Source: a virus (Duplodnaviria > Caudoviricetes). From it: a stretch of DNA of 64,000 nt. Below are positions 13,101-23,103 of this stretch, one piece after another. The stretch is from the IMG/VR virus record IMGVR_UViG_3300021255_002694. One strand, 5' to 3'. How positions within the stretch are numbered: the first letter of the stretch is position 1; every line of letters starts with the position of its first letter. A model generated the notes under the pieces. The model saw only the letters and a program-made list of their open reading frames with translations. It did no database searches and was not told the DNA's origin. Position numbers and translations under genes: made by a program.

Positions 13101-14550
13101 TGTTGTTTCTTCTGAGGATAAACCATTTCAGCATAATGCAAATTCATATTGGTAATGTAAAACGGTTGTCTTATTTAATTGTGTAGATTGGTATGATTAA
13201 ATAAAAAGGAGTTAATAATTATGGGTTTTGTTTCTGAAAAACAAACTTATTATATCGTAGATCGTCTAAAAGATATTCTTAATTCATATCAACTATTTAC
13301 TGAAAAGAGTGAGTATGAAGAACTTAGTGATGATGATAAAGAACTTATTAGTTTAACAAAAGACCTTCTTGCAATTCAATCCGGCATTATCTCAAAAGAA
13401 CTTGAACAGATTGCTCCACTAGAAGTGCTTTGTGATGAAACATACTTTGATGTCGAAAAAAGCATCTTTAATGCATATCAGAGATTGACAAAGATTTTAA
13501 TTTTTGGTAAAATACTTAAAAGGAATGATGTAAAATGACTATTAAAGAACTTATTGATATTTTGAAAGAAAATGACATTGATCTTAATTGTACAGTTGAG
13601 TGTGATACTGCTTGGGAATGTGGCGCAGTAAGTGTTGATGATATTTTCTATGACAATAGTAAGAAAATCATTTATCTTGCACAAAAATATACAAATCTTG
13701 AACACTTTGTAGGGTGCATTCATTTATATGGTGATCATGTAGAGCAAACAGGATATAGATATGATTTCTATGTTGATCCTGAATCAAAGATTGTTCTACA
13801 AGGTGAAGATAAGTTTCCTGAAAAGAGTACAGAAATTCCGTCTATATTCTTTGGATAAAATAAGGTGATATTGTGAATTTGTATTGATGGAGTGCTTTTG
13901 AGATGAAAAAGAGTTGTGATTCTGAGTACATCAGATTGAAAAAGAAAATTTCCGATCTTAAAAATAAAATGCATATTTCACATTCAAGATCACAGTTTAA
14001 GAAATTACAAGATGAATTAACATTAGCAGAGAATAAATTAAGAGAATATCAGAAAGGTGCGATTGTGGTTGAAAAAGCTGATTAAAGGTGATGCAAAAAT
14101 GAATTATTTAGGATGTACTGAACAGTACAAGTGCAATGATTGCAATAATTCTTTTGAGTTTACATGGAATTCCGCTGTTAGTCCTATTCCGGAAAATGTA
14201 ACATGTCCAAAATGTAATTCAAAGAATGTAGTAAAAACAAGCAACATTTGATTTTATGGATTGAATTTAGGTGAATTAGAATGAAGAAAATTATTTTATC
14301 TTTTATCGCGGTAGTAGCTATTCTTTCCCTTACAGGATGTGGGAATGATTATAGTTTTGAACCGTGCTATGCAGAAGTGAACGGAAAATTATATGAGATC
14401 ACATCTTATGTTAAAAGTTCAGTCGGAACAGTTACGCTATATCTAAAGGATGGTTACACTTTCACAACGAGTGATGGTAGTGTTGTAACGTCTCATACTA
14501 TTTCTACATCCTGTGTAAATGTTATTATCTATACTGATTGCGAAAATTAG
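7133..14550 (+). other. Run of about 25 tightly packed small hypothetical phage genes
   Basis: Consecutive + strand ORFs with GAGG/GGAG SD sequences and short gaps; no family recognised. Confidence 0.7.
7344..7640 (+). CDS. Hypothetical phage protein (C.P.D.F...G..LA.AR type); paralog of ORF at 63712
   Basis: GKSKCRPDDKFDYKFGVALAYARY vs AYAHAHPNDVPSVTAGIAVAWARY. Confidence 0.65.
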   Translation: MTNEENIYRWINGHLKRAMKEADWIWFDHVSTWNPNHHTIKVIVDKERNTITVINTENPKRFGKSKCRPDDKFDYKFGVALAYARYSKETIPDYILDM

Positions 14551-14602
14551 TAGATAGTAGAAATCACGGTAGATATGTTTTCTTATAAGTTATGAAAAAT
14601 GC

Positions 14603-14631
14603 TTGACAAAAACAAATAAATGTGGTATACT
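14603..14631 (+). promoter_or_regulatory. Recurring sigmaA-type promoter
   Basis: TTGACA-N17-TATACT. Confidence 0.85.
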
Positions 14632-14696
14632 ATATGTACGTAAAGTTGATTGATTGAAACTAATGAAGTGCATCAAATTATTTGAGGTGATTATAA

Positions 14697-15122
14697 TTGA
14701 GAATGTCAGAACATGTTGAAATTAAAGAACATGGTAATACTTATGAAGATATCACATTTTGTCCTGAGTGCGGTTGCAGAAAAAGCACGATAATTAAAAA
14801 AGACACATATGTAGATGATAAGCCTTTTCTACTTATCTTTAATAGATATGGTGATGGTAAGACATATAGGTGCAATGAGTGCGGATGTAAATATGTAGTT
14901 TGTAATCTTGATAAAGTAGAATTGAGAAAAGCTAAAGGTTTCGCAAGTGTTGTATGTGTATGTTTTGCGTGTATTTTAGTCATAGTTGCACTGGTCATAC
15001 TATTCTGCATGTTTGGTGATCTCATTTCATCAAAAGGGATGCTTGAATTTTTTAAACATACAGTTTTATGTGTACTATCAACTATATCAAGTGCTTTCTT
15101 CTTTTACATTGGGCTTGATTAA
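14697..15122 (+). CDS. Zn-ribbon membrane protein; paralog of 56346..56927
   Basis: HG.TY...CPECG and CxxCGC motifs plus two C-terminal hydrophobic segments. Confidence 0.65.
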   Translation: MRMSEHVEIKEHGNTYEDITFCPECGCRKSTIIKKDTYVDDKPFLLIFNRYGDGKTYRCNECGCKYVVCNLDKVELRKAKGFASVVCVCFACILVIVALVILFCMFGDLISSKGMLEFFKHTVLCVLSTISSAFFFYIGLD

Positions 15123-15251
15123 AGTATCAGCAACTCTTTCAAGTGTAGCTTTATTCGTTCAACACTTTGAATAGGATAACATACTGTCAGGTCTTTCGTT
15201 TATTTGTACAAATCTGTTATTTTTATAACATAAAAATAAAGGAGAAAAATC

Positions 15252-15896
15252 ATGGATAAATTTTTTCTGAGTGATAAAACAAAAGAACTTTTTAGAAAAG
15301 TGTTCATGCTCCGAAAGTATCTGACAGCAGATATTGATACTGGTGGAGAACTCATAAACCTTTTAGAGTCAAGTACATGGTCTATTGAAATACCAGATGA
15401 CAAGTTCACAGGCAAGGACTTCAACGCATGTCGATGGATGAAATTTGGAAATATTGCGATCAATTTTTGGGAAATGAAACTTAGAACAAACAGCGGAGAT
15501 CATTGGTACAGAGTTGATTGCGGTTGGAGTGGCGGTGACATTGCCAGAGCTATTCAGGATGAAAGAGAGGGTTTTGAGAAGTGGAGAACGGAATTCATGA
15601 AGAATATCCACGAAATCAAGCCCGAGATTATAAATGACAAATACATTGTTCCGGTCATGGTAGACGAAAAGAAATGCATTTGTCCTAAGTGTAACAAAGT
15701 TCTATCAAAAGTCCGCACAAGACATCCATCTAATGTTTACTGGTGGGGCGAAGATGAGGCATATGGTTTTAATTACGGATTCCTCTGCCAGAACTGCGGT
15801 TTTGAGAATACAGTCGAAGTTGATCCATATGATGATAAGTACAGGACAAGAGAACATTTTTGGCAGAGTCTTGAAGTAAAGTTGCTTGCAAAGTAA
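15252..15896 (+). CDS. Hypothetical protein with C-terminal Zn-ribbon
   Basis: CPKC and CQNC motifs; GGAG SD. Confidence 0.65.
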   Translation: MDKFFLSDKTKELFRKVFMLRKYLTADIDTGGELINLLESSTWSIEIPDDKFTGKDFNACRWMKFGNIAINFWEMKLRTNSGDHWYRVDCGWSGGDIARAIQDEREGFEKWRTEFMKNIHEIKPEIINDKYIVPVMVDEKKCICPKCNKVLSKVRTRHPSNVYWWGEDEAYGFNYGFLCQNCGFENTVEVDPYDDKYRTREHFWQSLEVKLLAK

Positions 15897-16511
15897 TATG
15901 TATAAAATGCGACACAGTATGTGTAATAGATAATATAAAGTGGGTGTGAATGTATATGAAAAAGACAGCAGATATTTTCGCAGAAGAAAATGCATATCTT
16001 CTTGATAAGAAATATATTGATTGTTTGGAACGTAACTATCATCTTTGCAGTTTAAGCGAAAGATCGGTGAAAACATCATGTGGATGCATGGTGCTTCATT
16101 TAATGACAGTTGGATGCTGGCATCATGATCCGTATGATTACGGTTTGCATGAATACGAAAAACATTTTCCGGAAGAAGACCTAAGTGCCTGTAAAACTTA
16201 TATTAAAGCATTTTTCGATGCCCCTGATTTTAACTACTATGTAGCAAGCAAATTTCCGGCAACAGAAGAAGGCTTTGAGTCGGCTTGTCATTGGCTTGAC
16301 AATAAACGTGAAATGCTCATGGAAAGGATCACAGACTGGTTTGATACTCCTAAAATTGTGCGTGAATATTCAGATACCGGAAAAGAATCTGTAATAAGTG
16401 TAACAAAGTCAAGCACTCTGTAAAATTCAATTTGATGTGATATTGTTCAATATAAACAAAAACCTCACATATTATTTGTGAGGTTTTTCTATGAAAAATA
16501 TCGAAATATGC

Positions 16512-16540
16512 TTGACAAATCAGAATAAATATGATATACT
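16512..16540 (+). promoter_or_regulatory. Recurring sigmaA-type promoter; probably drives the cassette running into the methyltransferase, nuclease and cas8e
   Basis: TTGACA-N17-TATACT; preceded by hairpin AAAAACCTCACA..TGTGAGGTTTTT. Confidence 0.85.
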
Positions 16541-17135
16541 ATATTTACAAGGTTAATGGAAAGCATGTGAAAGGAGAATAATATGACTAATACGAATAAT
16601 TTTAATGTTGGAGATATCGTGAAAGAATATAATGCCTATGGCGAATGCTATGGCTTTCGCAAGGTAGTCCGCATTCGTCTTGATAATGGTGGATTTTATA
16701 AGGCAGATGGAACATCGGTTGCTACAACGCCTGGTTACGGCAACGGTTGGATTGTGAAGGTTGAACAGGAAAACGAAAAGTGAGGTAAATTACCATGACA
16801 ATTACACAGATTAAGATTCTTGGAATCCTTGATTATTGTAATGATGATCTCATGACGCACATTGTACATTATGTTGATGATACTATCAACAAGGAATTCA
16901 AGATTGAGATTGTTCCGAAGGATGGAGTTACATTTTTCCGGATTATTGTAGACGGAGAGTTTGTCAAACGAACTGTTAGCAATATAATCAATCTGATCAA
17001 TAATCTTATCGGAAATTCAAACTATGACGCAGTACAGGTCATCCTTACTTTTGACGGCGGAGAAAAGAAGAAGTATAATGTTGAGGGAGATCATGATATC
17101 GTTATCTGATCTATACTGAAAGTGAGGTAAAAGAA

Positions 17136-17639
17136 ATGTCTAAGATCATTAAATTCTATAACACTCTTCACTGGTTTGCATATGGCGAAAATAGTGAAGT
17201 CAACCTTGATTCAAGACAGTTTGAATTTTATGGTGATCTCTATGATGCACTTGAAGCTGACGATACAGACCTTGCTTCGTATGCAGACAGCTATCATGGT
17301 GATACATATTATGAAAAGCTGATCTCCACAAAAATCACATGTGAAAAAATCAACAATACTATTTTCGGCGTTGCTGAATGTGAAGTATCTGATGACTGGA
17401 CAGACGATGATACTGAACAGTTGAAAGAATACCTCTCCGGACAGTATAGTGATGGTTGGGGTGAGGGCTTTGAACAGCGCGAAATCGCATCCTATGAAGA
17501 AGAAGATGAATTTTGGGATGACGAAGATGAAGAATACTACTATGATACCACAACATATTATGTTTACGTGTCTTTCTGGCAGTGTATCGGTTTCAAAATC
17601 ATGACAGAAGATGAACTGAAAGAATATATTGGAAAGTGA
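17136..17639 (+). CDS. Acidic conserved mobile-element protein
   Basis: LSGQYSDGWGEGFEQREI motif. Confidence 0.65.
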   Translation: MSKIIKFYNTLHWFAYGENSEVNLDSRQFEFYGDLYDALEADDTDLASYADSYHGDTYYEKLISTKITCEKINNTIFGVAECEVSDDWTDDDTEQLKEYLSGQYSDGWGEGFEQREIASYEEEDEFWDDEDEEYYYDTTTYYVYVSFWQCIGFKIMTEDELKEYIGK

Positions 17640-17650
17640 GGTAATGTAAC

Positions 17651-19717
17651 ATGTTCGATCTTTATGAGAAGAAAGAAACAAAGTCTAAAGCAACTAATGG
17701 TAATTTGCATAAAGCAAAAGTAAATAAAAACGATGAATTCTATACACAGCTTACAGATATTGAAAAAGAACTTATGCACTATAAAGAACATTTCAAGGAT
17801 AAGATCGTATACTGTAACTGTGATGATCCGGAGTGGAGTAATTTCTGGAAGTATTTTCACCTTAATTTTGCACACCTCGGCTTGAAGAAATTGATCGCAA
17901 CATTTTATCATATCGGAGCATCCGTATATAAAATGGAATATACTGGTGGAGATGATAATAATATTTCTGCCGGAGTTAAGATTCCTCTTACTGGAAATGG
18001 TGATTTCAGATCGGAAGAATGTGTTGAAACTTTGAAAGAGTCTGATATTGTGGTTACTAATCCACCGTTTAGCTGTTACTCTAGCGATACTGAGGTCATG
18101 ACAAATAACGGCTGGAAACTGATTAAGGATGTTGACATCTCAACTGATTTAATTATGTCTCTGAATCCAGATACACATGAAATTGAATTTGTAAAAGCAG
18201 TTGACTTTATAACAAGCCCTGTAAATGGAGAACTTTATCACTATCAGTCAAGAAACATGGATTTCTGTGTTACTGGAAATCATAATATGTATGCTTATTA
18301 TAAAGATTGTCATGATGTTCCTAGAAGCATTCCTCTTGTAGAAGCTAGTTCCGTCAAGAAATCTTACATGCTTCCCATTACTGGCTTTTCATGGAGTGGT
18401 AACGATCAGGAATATTTTGTATTGCCAGAAACAAAGCAACTTGAACAATATACAAGAAAAGAAATCACTGTTCCGGAAAAGATGATCCCGATGGAAGATT
18501 GGCTTGAATTTTTCGGATTTTATCTTGCAGATGGATGTTATAGAGATCATATAAATTCACTCGGAAAAAGAGACTATACAATTTCAATTAAGCAAAATGT
18601 AAGCAATGAAGATTACGTGATTGATCTTATCCGGAGAATTGGATTTGATGCAAGAATCAGTGCAGGAAGTTCTGATTCCAATAAGAATTATAGTATCTAC
18701 TCAAAACAGCTTTGGGAATACTTGATGCAGTTTGGAAGAAGCCAGGATAAATATATTCCAAGAGAATTTCTCGATCTTGATGTAAAGTATCTCAAAGCAC
18801 TGTATAAAGGGTATACAAATGGCGATAGTTCTTTGTGTGCAGACGGTCATATTCACTTTTCAACTGTATCTGAAAAATTGATTTCAAACATTCAGGAACT
18901 TATCTTGAAAATTTTTGGACGCATTACACAAGTTAGAAAGTCTGTGCGTAAACACTCCTATGATGATAATTATGGAACATGTTACAGTATTAACGTAAAA
19001 CTAGATAAAAATAGAGATAACTTTAGTAAATATGTAACACCAAAAATGATTCCATATAATGACAATGTGTACTGTCTTACACTTGAAAAGAATCATATTA
19101 TGCTTGTTAGACATAATGGTATTATCGGGTGGTGTGGAAACTGTTTTAGAGATTATGTTGCACAGTTGATGAAGTATGAGAAGAAGTTTCTGATTATTGG
19201 AAATGTGAGTGCAATCACATATAAAGAGTTCTTCCCTTTAATTAAAAATGGAATGGTGTGGATTGGTCAATCAATTCACTCTGGAGATAGAAAATTTTAT
19301 GTTCCAGACTCGTATCCATTAAATGCATCTGGTTGTGGAATTGATGAAAATGGAAAAAGATACATACGAGTTAAGGGTGTTCGTTGGTACACTAATATGG
19401 ATTATGCTAAAAGGCACGAAAAACTTGTATTGTATAAAAAGTATGATTCGCAACATTACAGTAAATATGATAATTATGATGCAATCAACGTAGATAAGGT
19501 TATAGATATTCCTGTTGACTATGACGGAGTTATGGGTGTTCCTATCACTTTTTTGGATAAATACTGTCCTGAACAATTTGACATAGTGGATATAAACCCA
19601 CACTTTTTTAGCATTATTGAGCAGGGGCTACCTAAACCGAAGCAGCTAACTTTGCATAGTGTAGGAAAAAAAGATCCTTATGCCCGTATTCTTATACGCA
19701 AGAAAGTAGGTGCTTGA
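17651..19717 (+). CDS. EcoRI-family adenine-specific DNA methyltransferase containing an intein
   Basis: AK..KNDEFYT, YCNCDDP..SNF, GDFRS.EC, DIVVTNPPFS, GVMGVPITFLDKY.P.QF motifs. Confidence 0.92.
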   Translation: MFDLYEKKETKSKATNGNLHKAKVNKNDEFYTQLTDIEKELMHYKEHFKDKIVYCNCDDPEWSNFWKYFHLNFAHLGLKKLIATFYHIGASVYKMEYTGGDDNNISAGVKIPLTGNGDFRSEECVETLKESDIVVTNPPFSCYSSDTEVMTNNGWKLIKDVDISTDLIMSLNPDTHEIEFVKAVDFITSPVNGELYHYQSRNMDFCVTGNHNMYAYYKDCHDVPRSIPLVEASSVKKSYMLPITGFSWSGNDQEYFVLPETKQLEQYTRKEITVPEKMIPMEDWLEFFGFYLADGCYRDHINSLGKRDYTISIKQNVSNEDYVIDLIRRIGFDARISAGSSDSNKNYSIYSKQLWEYLMQFGRSQDKYIPREFLDLDVKYLKALYKGYTNGDSSLCADGHIHFSTVSEKLISNIQELILKIFGRITQVRKSVRKHSYDDNYGTCYSINVKLDKNRDNFSKYVTPKMIPYNDNVYCLTLEKNHIMLVRHNGIIGWCGNCFRDYVAQLMKYEKKFLIIGNVSAITYKEFFPLIKNGMVWIGQSIHSGDRKFYVPDSYPLNASGCGIDENGKRYIRVKGVRWYTNMDYAKRHEKLVLYKKYDSQHYSKYDNYDAINVDKVIDIPVDYDGVMGVPITFLDKYCPEQFDIVDINPHFFSIIEQGLPKPKQLTLHSVGKKDPYARILIRKKVGA
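18074..19141 (+). mobile_element. Intein (356 aa) with LAGLIDADG homing endonuclease
   Basis: Starts CYSSDTEV after NPPFS; block B VTGNH; FFGFYLADG and YTNGDS endonuclease motifs; VYCLT block F; ends WCGN followed by +1 Cys. Confidence 0.9.
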
Positions 19718-19756
19718 TACGCATGTGGATAATAAAATATTTGAAAGGAGTAAATT

Positions 19757-20893
19757 ATGAAAATCACAAAAACACAAGTAAAAGTATCTGATCTTGTAAA
19801 AGATTATCAAGATAAAGATGATCTTGGTGTTACAGGATTTGGTGGAAAACTGCAAATTAGACCTAATTACCAGCGAGAATTTGTATATTCTGATGCTAAA
19901 AGAAATGCTGTTATTGATACAGTAATTAAAGGATTTCCTCTTAATACAATGTACTGGAATGATCGTGGAGATGGTGAATATGAAGTTCTTGACGGTCAGC
20001 AACGTACAATTTCTATTTGCAGATATGTTTCCGGTGATTTCTCTATGAATATCGGCGGAGTCGCACAGTTCTTCCACAATCTTGATGATGAAATTAAGAA
20101 TAAGATTCTTAACTATGAACTTGAAGTATATATTTGTACCGGAACACAAGCCGAACGGCTTGAGTGGTTCAAAGTAATCAATATCGGCGGAGAGACATTG
20201 ACAGATCAAGAACTTCTTAATGCAACATATGCAGGTACATGGCTTAGTGATGCAAAACTGTATTTTTCTAAGCGTGGATGTTCTGCACAGAAAATGTCTG
20301 ATGGTTACTTAAAGGGAAATCCAATTAGACAGGAGATTCTTGAAAAAGCATTAAAGTGGATTTCTGATAGAGATGGATATAAGTCCATTGATATGTATAT
20401 GGCAAAACATCAGCATGATCCTGATGCAAATGATCTCTGGCAGTATTTTCAACAAGTAATCGCATGGGCAAAGATGATTTTCCCGAAAGCACGAAAAGGT
20501 ATTACAGACTGTCAGGAATGGGGAATTCTATACAATAAGTATCATTCTAATTCTTATAATACAAATACTATTGAAACAGATATTCAAAGACTTATTGCAG
20601 ATGATGATGTTACAAAGAAATCTGGAATCGTTCAATATCTTCTTTCTCCTAGAACAGAATTTGATGAAAAGTATCTTTCTATTCGCGCATTTACACAAAC
20701 ACAGAAACTTCGTGCTTATGAAGCGCAAAATCATAAATGCCCAATTTGTATGAGAAGCGGAATTGAGGTTGAATATACCATTGATGAAATGCAAGCAGAT
20801 CACATCATTCCGTGGTCTAAAGGTGGAAGAACTGTTGACGATAACTTGCAAATGCTTTGTAAGAAGTGTAATAGTGAAAAAAGTAATAAATAA
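19757..20893 (+). CDS. DUF262 plus HNH endonuclease (GmrSD-like restriction nuclease)
   Basis: IRPNYQREFVY and LDGQQRT (DUF262); CPIC...ADHIIPWSKGGRT..DNLQMLC..CN (HNH). Confidence 0.9.
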   Translation: MKITKTQVKVSDLVKDYQDKDDLGVTGFGGKLQIRPNYQREFVYSDAKRNAVIDTVIKGFPLNTMYWNDRGDGEYEVLDGQQRTISICRYVSGDFSMNIGGVAQFFHNLDDEIKNKILNYELEVYICTGTQAERLEWFKVINIGGETLTDQELLNATYAGTWLSDAKLYFSKRGCSAQKMSDGYLKGNPIRQEILEKALKWISDRDGYKSIDMYMAKHQHDPDANDLWQYFQQVIAWAKMIFPKARKGITDCQEWGILYNKYHSNSYNTNTIETDIQRLIADDDVTKKSGIVQYLLSPRTEFDEKYLSIRAFTQTQKLRAYEAQNHKCPICMRSGIEVEYTIDEMQADHIIPWSKGGRTVDDNLQMLCKKCNSEKSNK

Positions 20894-20915
20894 AAGTTGA
20901 AAGAGATGGAACGGT

Positions 20916-22466
20916 ATGACATATAATCTAATTGATGAACCTTGGATTAAGGTGAAATACCTTGACGGAACAACTACAGAAGTTGGAATTAGAAAATGTT
21001 TTGAAGATGCTGAAATCATTGATGATATTCTTGCTCCTAGTTTTCGCAGAGATACAATGCATATTTATTATATTCCAACACTAAGACTTCTAACAACTAT
21101 TGTTATGGCTGCGTATTTCAAGCCGGAACAGGACTTCACATCAAGAAATTTCAAGTATTTGCGTAAATTTGAAACCGGAATTTATACAGATGTTATTAAA
21201 GAATATCTTGATAAATTCCATGATCGGTTTGATGTTCTTTCTGTCGATTATCCTTTCTTGCAGAATAAAGACATTCTTGGAAAAGTTGAAGAAAACAAAA
21301 ACTGTGTTACATGGAACCCATTTATTCCGAGTGCGAATAACAAAGTTTTTGGTAAAAACAGATCACAAGATATGCAAGCAAATGATATTCTATCTCAATA
21401 TGAAATGACCGTAAAAGAATATGTATACTATCTTCTTTACACAGCAGTCATGGGTGTATATCCGTCAACGAAAGTTTCAAAGGAGACTGCACTTGAAGCA
21501 AAAGCAATGATTTATATTTCACTGAAAGGTAAAAATCTTTTGCAGACAATTTGTAATAATGTTTTCAAACTTAATAAAAGCAATGATTCAGACAATGATT
21601 ATGACAGACCTATTTGGGAACTTGAAAGAGTTGCAGATGTAGAAACATTGTTTCCTGTTAATTGTGATATACCTAGACAGAACAATAAGCTGATCTGTAG
21701 TTTCTATCCTGGCATCTCAATAATGAACACCGGAGCATCTGGATCAATGATTTCTGGATTTGTTAGAACAGGAACAGAAACGCTTGAAAACACAACAATC
21801 AATCAGGATGAGACAGCGGCTCTAGCTGATCCAAACGTATATTGTTGTGATTCTGCTGTATCAAAATCAGACAAAGACGGTAATAAGTCATATAAGGAAT
21901 TTAGTATTGATTCTGGTTTCGCAAGTTCAATCTGTATCGCGGCAACATCTCACATTGGAGATAACATGGCTTGCAATATCCTGAGTAATAACCGAGATTT
22001 TTCAGATTGTTCAGTAAGAATCTTTTTCAGAATGTTCGATGGCATGAAAGTTAGTCTTTTTCAATGTGGTGAAATTTCTGGAAATAATGCTAAGACATGG
22101 GAAATTTTACAGAATACTGATAAACATAACATAGCAGTTAAGTATAGCGAAACATATTATAAGATTAGAAAATGCTTAACAGGCTGTATTGCTGATATGT
22201 TCTCAGGAAAGAAAGTATCAGACAGTTTTATTAAAAAAGCTGTCAAGAATTTTTCTGATTTCATGGAACATGATTTCTTCAATGATTTCACAGTTGATCT
22301 TATAGAAGATGCAGAGAATGCTATTTATAAATTTGTTGAAAGATCGAGTGATGTTACGAAACAGATAGTCTCTGAAATTGTATGTTTCTCGGATAACATG
22401 ATCGGAAGTGCTAACGCTGTTTCAAAATTTAATAAGAACATGAAAAAATTGATTGAGGGGTGTTAA
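20916..22466 (+). CDS. cas8e: Type I-E Cascade large subunit Cas8e (Cse1/CasA)
   Basis: YNLIDEPWIKV, YL.+F.DRFD....PFLQ, G.NL.QT..N, PIWE motifs; operon position. Confidence 0.88.
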   Translation: MTYNLIDEPWIKVKYLDGTTTEVGIRKCFEDAEIIDDILAPSFRRDTMHIYYIPTLRLLTTIVMAAYFKPEQDFTSRNFKYLRKFETGIYTDVIKEYLDKFHDRFDVLSVDYPFLQNKDILGKVEENKNCVTWNPFIPSANNKVFGKNRSQDMQANDILSQYEMTVKEYVYYLLYTAVMGVYPSTKVSKETALEAKAMIYISLKGKNLLQTICNNVFKLNKSNDSDNDYDRPIWELERVADVETLFPVNCDIPRQNNKLICSFYPGISIMNTGASGSMISGFVRTGTETLENTTINQDETAALADPNVYCCDSAVSKSDKDGNKSYKEFSIDSGFASSICIAATSHIGDNMACNILSNNRDFSDCSVRIFFRMFDGMKVSLFQCGEISGNNAKTWEILQNTDKHNIAVKYSETYYKIRKCLTGCIADMFSGKKVSDSFIKKAVKNFSDFMEHDFFNDFTVDLIEDAENAIYKFVERSSDVTKQIVSEIVCFSDNMIGSANAVSKFNKNMKKLIEGC

Positions 22467-22467
22467 T

Positions 22468-22995
22468 ATGAGTACAAGTTCCGAGTTTGTTAAAAGTCTA
22501 TGGGCTAATCTATATGCTAAGTCTGGAAGCATCTATTGCTTGAAACGCGCATTTGGAAACTCTGTGAGCAGTTCCGATATCAACACATATATGTCTTTTT
22601 TAGATGTGTCAGGTAACACTTTTCCGGATAAACAGAAAGAGGTATACTTCCTTGTAGCAACAATGTTCTACAACTTTGAAAGACCTAATCAGGCAGAGAA
22701 AGATAACAGAACATTTGTGACATTCGAGAGACTTATTTCAAGAATCTACGGTAAGTCTAAATCTACAGACAAGATGATCCGGAATTTCATTGACAGTGAT
22801 TTTGACTCAAACGGTATTTTTGTCAATAGACTTGTAAGGCTGTCTAACAGATGTAAAAAAGAACTTCACAGCGGAGAGCATCTTGATTTCAACTCACTGA
22901 TCAATGATCTTGTTAGATGGAATGACGAATCCAAGTCTGTTAAGTTTAAGTGGGCATCTCAGATTGTGTCAAAATACACAAAAAATGACAAGTAA
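22468..22995 (+). CDS. cas11: Type I-E small subunit Cas11 (Cse2/CasB)
   Basis: LKRAFG, LDF..L..DL..W, V+.+W motifs; between cas8e and cas7. Confidence 0.8.
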   Translation: MSTSSEFVKSLWANLYAKSGSIYCLKRAFGNSVSSSDINTYMSFLDVSGNTFPDKQKEVYFLVATMFYNFERPNQAEKDNRTFVTFERLISRIYGKSKSTDKMIRNFIDSDFDSNGIFVNRLVRLSNRCKKELHSGEHLDFNSLINDLVRWNDESKSVKFKWASQIVSKYTKNDK

Positions 22996-23052
22996 CATTG
23001 TGACACTTTATATTCAAAAACACTTGACAGGATATAATATTTATAGTATACT
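22978..23052 (+). promoter_or_regulatory. Internal phage-type promoter with upstream site, in front of cas7
   Basis: ACAAA-N14-ATTGT (22978-23001); TTGACA(23024)-N17-TATACT(23047)ATATTTAC. Confidence 0.8.
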
Positions 23053-23103
23053 ATATTTACAGCAAAAGGCTGTAAACAGTAATTATTAAAAGGAGTAAAA
23101 ATT

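Noticed and set aside
17593-17625. Array 1 spacer 4 (reverse complement KLIPEEELKD) versus KIMTEDELKE, 24/33 nt
   Set aside because: Only about half the residues match, the codons are low-complexity E/K, and there is no AA PAM; compatible with chance.
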